Notes under the pieces: generated by a model | What the model was told of the DNA's origin: nothing | Seen by the model: only the letters and a program-made list of their open reading frames with translations | Databases searched by the model: none | Translations under genes and position numbers: made by a program | In this document: in pieces, positions 1 through 5,576 of the stretch | Layout of the letters: every line of letters starts with the position of its first letter | Position numbering within the stretch: position 1 is the stretch's first letter | DNA from: a metagenome | Sequence record: WANG22-1_SAMN08714535-S011_METAG-scaffold_748 | Length of the DNA stretch: 17,043 nucleotides | Reading direction: 5' to 3' (one strand)

Positions 1-215
1 CTCGCCCGATCGAAGAAGCGGCGCGCGATCGTCCGAATCATCGCGCATCCGATCATCGTCGTCGTCGTCTTCCATACCGCGACCGCCGTCTCGCGACATT
101 GTTCCGTTCCGTTTCGTCGTCGCGGTATGACGACCTCGGCACCTCGGCACCGAAACGCCATTCATCGTCGTCGGTCGCGGTCTCTACTCGCACCGCATCG
201 CGCGCTTCTCCGCGA

Positions 216-1274
216 ATGGCGACGACGATGCCGACGATGACGATGGCGATGACGGCGACGATGACACCCCCCGCGCGCGGTCGGAGTCGCGTCGGAAACG
301 CCGTTGAACGTCGAGGAGGATTACCTAGCGCTGGCGGTCGAATCACCCGCGCGTCGTCGAGGAAAACACCGCCGCCGCTGTGCGCGAGCGCGGACGGCGA
401 AGCGACGAGCTCGACGACGATGAAGAGCGGACCGTTGTCTGACGCGGCGGCAGCGGTGGAGCGGTCGATAAACTCGGCAATCATCGGCGTGGCGGTGACT
501 GCGATTGACAACCTGTACGGCGGTCGGTCGTACGCGAGGTTTCACGCGCTCGAAACCGTCGCGCGAGTGCCGTACTTTAGTTTCATGTCTGTGTTGCACT
601 TGTACGAAACGTTCGGGTGGTGGCGCAAGGCGGATTACCTCAAAGTACACTTTGCCGAGACGATGAACGAGTACCATCACTTGCTCATCATGGAGTCGCT
701 GGGCGGCGCCGAGCTGTGGAAGGATCGATTCATCGCGCAACACATCGCGGTGGCGTACTATTGGATTTGCGTCGGGCAGTATTTGATTTCCCCGAGGTGG
801 GCGTACAATTTGCTCGAGCAGGTGGAGTCGCACGCGTACGCGACGTACGATAAATTCCTCAACGCGAATGAGGAGACGCTGAAGGCGCAACCGGCGCCGC
901 GCGTCGCGGTGCAGTATTACACCAAGGGGGATCTGTACCTCTTTGATGAGTTTCAGACTGGGAACAAGGGTGAGAGAAGGCCGAAGATTGACAACTTGTA
1001 CGACGTCTTTGTCAACGTGCGAAACGACGAGGCGGAACACATGAAGACGATGGAGTTTTGTCAGAAACCGGGCAACGGCTTGCGTTCTCCGTCGTCAAAG
1101 GAAGCCATGGTGTTGCTCAGCGAAGAGGCGTGCCTCGTCGACCCTGAAAATTTTGAAGCGTGCAAGGAGGAGGAAGAAGACAAAGCCGATGAGCGTTCGT
1201 GCGAGGGATTGGTCGATTGCGTCGTCAACTTTGGTACGGGTGCGGTGAATACGTACGAGCCACCCGAAAACTAG
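216..1274 (+). CDS. PTOX: Plastid (plastoquinol) terminal oxidase, a di-iron carboxylate protein of the AOX/PTOX family, with an N-terminal transit-peptide-like leader
   Basis: The ORF 99..1274 begins at a TTG, and the first ATG in frame is at 216 (MATTMPTMTMAMTATMTPPARGRSR, a Thr/Arg/Ala-rich leader). The di-iron ligand motifs are visible: ALETVARVPYF, NEYHHL (ExxH), LEQVESHAYATY and RNDEAEHMKTM (ExxH). The stretch VQYYTKGDLYLFDEFQT...IDNLYDVFVNVRNDEAEH and the C-terminal CEGLVDC tail match my recollection of plant IMMUTANS/PTOX rather than mitochondrial AOX. Confidence 0.9.
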   Translation: MATTMPTMTMAMTATMTPPARGRSRVGNAVERRGGLPSAGGRITRASSRKTPPPLCASADGEATSSTTMKSGPLSDAAAAVERSINSAIIGVAVTAIDNLYGGRSYARFHALETVARVPYFSFMSVLHLYETFGWWRKADYLKVHFAETMNEYHHLLIMESLGGAELWKDRFIAQHIAVAYYWICVGQYLISPRWAYNLLEQVESHAYATYDKFLNANEETLKAQPAPRVAVQYYTKGDLYLFDEFQTGNKGERRPKIDNLYDVFVNVRNDEAEHMKTMEFCQKPGNGLRSPSSKEAMVLLSEEACLVDPENFEACKEEEEDKADERSCEGLVDCVVNFGTGAVNTYEPPEN

Positions 1275-1454
1275 ACGCGACGATGTCTCTCTTTCGACAG
1301 CAGGACGCCATCAATACGCAATACCCCCCGCGCCCCGTTTCGCTCGCCTCGCACGCACATCGCTGCTACACATTCATCATCCTATGCAATGACACACTAT
1401 TCATTCGACTACCGGTACTGTACTAATCTATTCTACTTGTCTAGACGGACGGTT

Positions 1455-2180
1455 TCAATCCGCTCGCGCCCTCGCCCACGTCGCCTCGAGCGTGAACGCA
1501 TCCGTCTCCACGCGTTTCACCCGAACCGTTTCCTTTGCCCCGACGATTCCAATTTCCTTGTTCTCCGCGTCCCGATCCACCCGCCACTTCGCTGGAGCGC
1601 TCTCCGTCTTTGTCGCCGCCGCCACGACTTCGAAAGACTCAAACGACTCATTCGTCTGACGCCGCGCATCCTCCGAAAACAACACGAATCGCGTCGCGAA
1701 CGACGTCAACGCACCGTGAATCTCCTTTCTAAGCCTCGCCGTCGGCTCTGGCATCGGTTTCGCCAATCTCAAACCGAATTCAAAGCTCTCTTTAACCGCT
1801 CCGTCTTTAACAAACACGACGTCGACTCGCTCGAACGCATCCCTGGTTTAAAACGCGCGCGCAGGCGTCAGTCAAGTCCATTCATCGCGCACACACGCGT
1901 GTGTGTGTGTGTGTGTGTGTGTGTGTCGTCGTCATCAATCACGCAGTCGACACTCGTACCTCGAAAGCGCCACTCGAAGCGTCGCGAACACGTCGTTCAA
2001 GTAATCGATGACATCTTGTCTCTCAACGACGCAAGTTCTCGCGCCGTAAAGCGTCGACCGGGCGCGCGACGACGGGAATAAACCTCGCGAGACGATAGCC
2101 TGGTGCGTGAGCGCGTGCGTGAACTCGAGAAGGACGTCGGCGATGGGGTGCGCGGTGTCGTCGTCTTTGTCGGGCGTCAT
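1455..2180 (-). CDS. REV7: HORMA-domain protein of the MAD2/REV7 family (REV7/MAD2L2-like favoured). Two exons, complement(join(1455..1842,1960..2180)), 202 aa
   Basis: Exon 1 (first ATG at 2180) encodes MTPDKDDDTAHPIADVLLEFTHALTHQAIVSRGLFP...DVIDYLNDVFATLRVALSR. Exon 2 encodes DAFERVDVVFVKDGAVKESFEFGL. This resembles the HORMA core of REV7 (ADVLCEF...VYP...VEKVVVVILD, from memory) and is too divergent for canonical MAD2. The two ORFs join in phase 2 (AG|G gives Arg) across a GTACGA...CCAG intron. The stop codon is at 1455-1457. Confidence 0.72.
1843..1959 (-). other. Spliceosomal intron of the REV7-like gene (117 nt)
   Basis: On the minus strand the donor is AG|GTACGAGT (GT at 1959-1958). 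A GACTGACG box lies at 1873..1866 and the acceptor is AAACCAG|G (AG at 1844-1843). Splicing restores the reading frame and HORMA continuity. Confidence 0.75.
1887..1926. repeat. (GT)14 microsatellite (1899-1926) inside a 40-nt perfectly alternating purine-pyrimidine tract GCGC(AC)3GC(GT)14
   Basis: Read directly from the sequence. ACACACGCGTGTGT at its 5' side is a perfect palindrome. The tract lies inside the REV7 intron. Confidence 0.95.
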
Positions 2181-2298
2181 GCTTTGAGGCGCCGAAGCGC
2201 CAGTCGGTTGGAAATTTCCAGTAGAACAAGTCAAAGTTACAAGCGAGCGCTACGGTAAATCGCGCGATCGGGGTTTTACACGAGAATGAATCATTCAA

Positions 2299-3087
2299 TC
2301 ATTTGTTCAGTCCCGCGTCTTCGAGCCGCCACTCGTTGGGCACGCGAACGATTTCGTTTCCGTCTCTCGGCGCCGGGAGCACCATCGGCGCCGCCACCTC
2401 TCTAGCCTTTTCCGCGCCAAACAATTTCTCCACCAACGCCAGCGCAAACTCGATCGCCGTCCCCGGTCCCCTACTCGTGATCATATCCCCGTCAATCACC
2501 ACCCGGGCGTTCGCGCTCGCATCGCTCGGAAGATCCTTCACGAACGCCGGGTGCGCCGTCGAAGCGACGTCGTCCAACCACCCTCTCGGCGCTAAAACCA
2601 CCCCCGGGCTCGCACACATCGCCGCCGTCACCGCCCCTTCGATCCCGATTTGCGTCTCAAGCATCCCCATGAGCGTTTGACACTCCGCCAATCGCGTCGC
2701 GCCCGGCATGCCTCCGGGTAAAGCGATCAAATCAAAGCGTTCCGTCGCCACGTCGCGCACGAACGCGTCGGCGCAAATCTTCACCCCTCTCGAACACTCG
2801 CACTGCAGCGTCTCCTCCACCGACGCGATCGTCACCTCCGCCCCGGCGCGTCGCAACACATCCGCAACGATGACGAGTTCCATCTCTTCGCTTCCGTTCG
2901 CCATCGGTACCAGGCATCGTTTCGTCGCCATTGTGATCACACCGCAACCGCGTCGTTGCATTCGGCTCGGTCGAACACCACGACGCACGCCGCCGCCTCG
3001 TCGCGAAGCGGGTGACGATGATGAAAGCAGGAACGACGAGGTGGAAAAAGTCGTCGTCGTTTCGCGTCCGGCGATTCCGTATCGCAT
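2299..3087 (-). CDS. DJ1: DJ-1/PfpI (ThiJ) family protein, single domain, with a possible organelle-targeting N-terminal extension. The start codon is uncertain
   Basis: LVPMANGSEEMELVIVADVLRRAGAEVTIASV, DLIALPGGMPGA, the nucleophile elbow AAMCASP and ITSRGPGTAIEFALALVEKL match the DJ-1 core (human [31 protein letters not shown] and AAICAGP, from memory). The ORF track start at 3228 is a GTG. In-frame ATGs lie at 3162, 3141, 3087, 2961 and 2931. I chose 3087 (MRYGIAGRETTTTFSTSSFLLSSSSPASRRGG, Ser/Thr/Arg-rich). ATG 2931 (MATKRCLV) would give a leaderless protein. Confidence 0.85.
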   Translation of the reverse strand: MRYGIAGRETTTTFSTSSFLLSSSSPASRRGGGVRRGVRPSRMQRRGCGVITMATKRCLVPMANGSEEMELVIVADVLRRAGAEVTIASVEETLQCECSRGVKICADAFVRDVATERFDLIALPGGMPGATRLAECQTLMGMLETQIGIEGAVTAAMCASPGVVLAPRGWLDDVASTAHPAFVKDLPSDASANARVVIDGDMITSRGPGTAIEFALALVEKLFGAEKAREVAAPMVLPAPRDGNEIVRVPNEWRLEDAGLNK

Positions 3088-3215
3088 CGTCGCGCGTCGC
3101 ACGTTCTGACGACGGTTCGGAATGGAAATGCGCACACGCATCGATGCGTCATCGAAATCCATCCATCCACGACCGAGCGTGTACCGATCAAATTTTCCGT
3201 CATCGACAAAACTAC

Positions 3216-3548
3216 CGATCGAGGACACCCACTCGATCGATAAAAATACCCGATCGATGAGTCACGGGATCGATCGATCGAGTTTTTTTGTGCTCCTCCC
3301 TCTTCAAGAGGGCACTTTATTATTAACGAGGGAAACCTCCCTCCCATTAAAAAAACACAAAAATGACGAATCACGAACGGTCAATGTACCCCATCCCCTT
3401 TGTATCAACCATCATCATCCATCACGAACGGTCGAAAAAAAAAAGAAAAGAAACCTCACCCCGAATCGATGCGAAACCGCGATCGATGGTTCGCGATCGA
3501 TCGGTATTTTCACGCATCAAACGTATCGATCGATAAAAATACCGATTG
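3216..3548. promoter_or_regulatory. Divergent DJ-1/VDAC promoter region with a dense CGATCG/ATCGAT palindrome cluster and direct repeats
   Basis: The 18-nt sequence TCGATCGATAAAAATACC occurs exactly at 3233-3250 and 3526-3543. The 13-nt sequence ATCACGAACGGTC occurs at 3370-3382 and 3421-3433. About nine CGATCG cores fall between 3216 and 3532, and a run A10GA4GA3 lies at 3435-3453. A regulatory role is inferred from position only. Confidence 0.4.
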
Positions 3549-3673
3549 AATGTGGACACAAGAAAAGAAAACGAAAACGCGTGTGGAAAGGAACGGAGTC
3601 GGAATGGAACGCCGCGCGAGACGACGACGCGCGCGCGAGACTTTTGACGACGACGCACGGACGGAACGACGCG

Positions 3674-5224
3674 ATGGCCAAGTACTACGGAGACATCGCC
3701 AAGGCGGCGAAGGGTACGTTCGCGGGATCGGATCGATCGATGAAGACGCGGATGTGACGCGACGCGGGGTGAATGATTTGATTCGATTGATCGAACGTTG
3801 TTGTTCGATCCACGCAGCGCATTGTTTGTGATGTAGAGACTGACGACGACGTGTGTTTCGCTCGCGGAAAAACAAGACCTGTTCACGGGCGGGTTTAACT
3901 ATGATCACAAGTTTTCGTTCGATACGAAGGCTGCGGGAACGGTGCGTCGACGCGATGACTGCGAGTAGAAGGGGGGAGAATGGGCGCGGGTGGTTTTGGT
4001 CCCCCGGGTTCGAGCGGACGAGACGCGTTAAACGCGCGCGGGGCGGGGAGAGCGATCGGTCGTGGACTTGAACGCGGCGGTGTGGTTGCCACGTTGATCG
4101 TCTCGTGATGTGTGATTGTTTCGTCGTGCGCGTGGAGTGCGCGAACGACGACGTGGTTGTCAAGCTTTTTAACGCCGAGTGACTGACGCGCGCTGACTCG
4201 TTTTGATTTTTTCCCGCATTTTTTTAGGGCGTGTCTGGCTCGGTCGTGCAAAAGGGCGAATCGGTGAACGGTGACGTGAAGGTGAACGCGACCGTTATGG
4301 ATCAAAACATTGACCTCGAGTTGAACCAAGACGCCAAGGCTAAGGTGACGGCGTCTTTCCCGTCCTTGATTCCAAACGGCAAGCTCTCCGTCGGAGGCGC
4401 CGTGCAAGACCTCGAATCCTTCAAGGTGAGCGCCTCCGTCGTCACGGGACCGCTCGGTTTGAAGGCGGACGTCGCCAACTACGCGGCTCCCAAGGCGGAC
4501 GCGAGTGTGTGCTATGCCGTCGGTGGTGGCTTTGCTCTCGGTGCGATGGCAACCTTCAAGCCGTCCTCTCCGTTGGCGTACACCGTCGCGGCGCAGTCCA
4601 AGCAAGGCGACCTCACGTACGCCCTCACCGCCTCGGACCAACTTAAGACGTTCAAGGCGAGCGTCGTCGCCGCGCTCGACGGTAAGCAAAACGTCGGTGC
4701 GGAAGTTTTGTACAAGAAGACTGCCACCGCCACGGTTGGCTACTCGAAGAAGATGGATGGACACTCCTTCAAGGCTGTCGTGTCCAACCCGCTCGCCGCC
4801 GAAGTGAACCCGACGGTGAGCTTCCAAGCGAGCTTGTCCAATTTGCTTCCGAAGACCACCGCGACTCTCTCCGCCCAAGTGGACAAATCGGTACGTGTGC
4901 GATGACGACGACGACGACAATGATTACGATACTCGATGATACTCGACGACGACGGCGCCTCTTGTCAAACAATCGCCGCGCTCTTCCTGCGTGGATGGTT
5001 GCCGCGGGTTGCCAACAATAACAATGCTCGAAGATGGTGCTCGCGCTCTCCGTGCGCGGCGCGCCATAAATAGTATTAACATTCACTTCGCGACGCGACA
5101 TCACGACGACGACGACGACGACGACAAAAACAAACACGAAATCACCGACTGACGCGCGTCGTCCTCTTCTTCAACTCAACAGATGAAGTACAAGTACGGC
5201 TTTCAATTCTCCACCAAGCTCTAA
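3674..5224 (+). CDS. VDAC: Voltage-dependent anion channel / mitochondrial outer-membrane porin (eukaryotic Porin_3 family). Four exons, join(3674..3713,3877..3941,4228..4890,5183..5224), 269 aa
   Basis: The spliced product is MAKYYGDIAKAAKDLFTGGFNYDHKFSFDTKAAGTGVSGSVVQKGES...VDKSMKYKYGFQFSTKL. The N-terminal helix motif (DIAKAAKDLFTGGFNYDHKFSF, compared with plant EIGKKARDLLYKDHNSDQKFSI), the alternating beta-strand pattern and the length all fit VDAC. All three junctions are phase-consistent (phase 1, 0, 0), and each unspliced read-through hits a stop codon. Confidence 0.85.
3714..3876 (+). other. VDAC intron 1 (163 nt)
   Basis: The donor is AAGG|GTACGT, a GACTGACG box lies at 3838-3845, and the acceptor is AACAAG|AC. 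G plus AC recreates the Asp codon of AAKDLF. Confidence 0.8.
3942..4227 (+). other. VDAC intron 2 (286 nt)
   Basis: The donor is ACG|GTGCGT. A GACTGACG box lies at 4181-4188, with a second CTGAC at 4193-4197. The acceptor is a polypyrimidine tract followed by TTTTTTTAG|GGC, phase 0. Confidence 0.8.
4891..5182 (+). other. VDAC intron 3 (292 nt)
   Basis: The donor is TCG|GTACGT, a GACTGACG box lies at 5147-5154, and the acceptor is CTCAACAG|ATG, phase 0. The terminal 14-codon exon (MKYKYGFQFSTKL*) supplies the last beta strand. The intron contains (GAC)5 at 4904-4918 and (ACG)7 at 5103-5125. Confidence 0.8.
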
Positions 5225-5576
5225 CGGATGGAATTTTCCGCAACGAGCCGACCCGGGGAACCGATCGCCGCGTAACAACAGAGCAACAGAGCGAAACTTT
5301 GCGCTTCGTAGATCCACTAGCATCCCGCGCCGGGCGATGGGTGGCAAACGTCGACGATTACATCAACAAATTGTCCGTTTTCCATCCACTTCGCCTCGGG
5401 TGTCGCGAGAGTTTTTTATCCAGGTAAAACAAACATCACTCAGCCCAACACCCCTAAAATCACCGTAAACGACGAGTTATTACTCTTAAAATCGGATGGG
5501 ACTCGGACTTGATGCATGCAATCGCAATTGTTAAGATTCGCGACACTCGACGACGCGGTGTACCGTACGAGCAGCC

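Noticed and set aside
53-1040. Minus-strand ORFs 53..511 and 321..1040 opposite PTOX, and the TTG-initiated extension 99..215 of the PTOX ORF
   Set aside because: The minus ORFs are antisense to a well-supported di-iron oxidase. The 99..215 segment has no ATG and is more likely 5' UTR, so I used the first ATG at 216.
1389-2081. 230-aa + strand ORF across the REV7 locus
   Set aside because: It runs antisense through both REV7 exons and straight through the (GT)14 intron repeat (translated as VCVCVCVCV). It is Arg-rich with no homology.
3122-3757. 211-aa + strand ORF spanning the DJ-1/VDAC intergenic region
   Set aside because: Only its last 13 codons (MAKYYGDIAKAAK, from 3674) are real, as VDAC exon 1. 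The upstream part crosses the A-rich, palindrome-rich promoter and overlaps the DJ-1 5' end. It reads through the GTACGT donor into a stop.
3991-4020. tRNA T-loop-like GGTTCGAGC in VDAC intron 2
   Set aside because: The flanking bases (CCCCCGG / GGACG) do not form a T-stem, and no acceptor, D or anticodon arms can be drawn. I see no tRNA anywhere in the window.
4100-4200. Possible intronic C/D-box snoRNA (GTGATGT at 4105-4111, CTGA at 4183-4186 and 4193-4196)
   Set aside because: The box C is imperfect and there is no terminal stem between the 5' flank (CGTCTC) and either 3' flank. The CTGA motifs are better explained as the intron branch-site box (GACTGACG / GCTGAC). An Infernal/snoscan run would settle it.
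3895-4920. 341-aa minus-strand ORF covering the VDAC locus
   Set aside because: It is antisense to a gene with clear VDAC homology and spans VDAC introns. Its translation is Arg/Gly/His/Val-rich low-complexity sequence, typical of the antisense frame of GC3-biased genes, and has no recognisable motifs.
5103-5125. (ACG)7/(GAC)n and similar GTC/GAC trinucleotide runs (also 54-72 and 4904-4918) as possible structured repeats or CRISPR-like arrays
   Set aside because: These are simple trinucleotide microsatellites reflecting the genome-wide CGA/GAC compositional bias. There is no repeat-spacer organisation and this is not a prokaryotic context.
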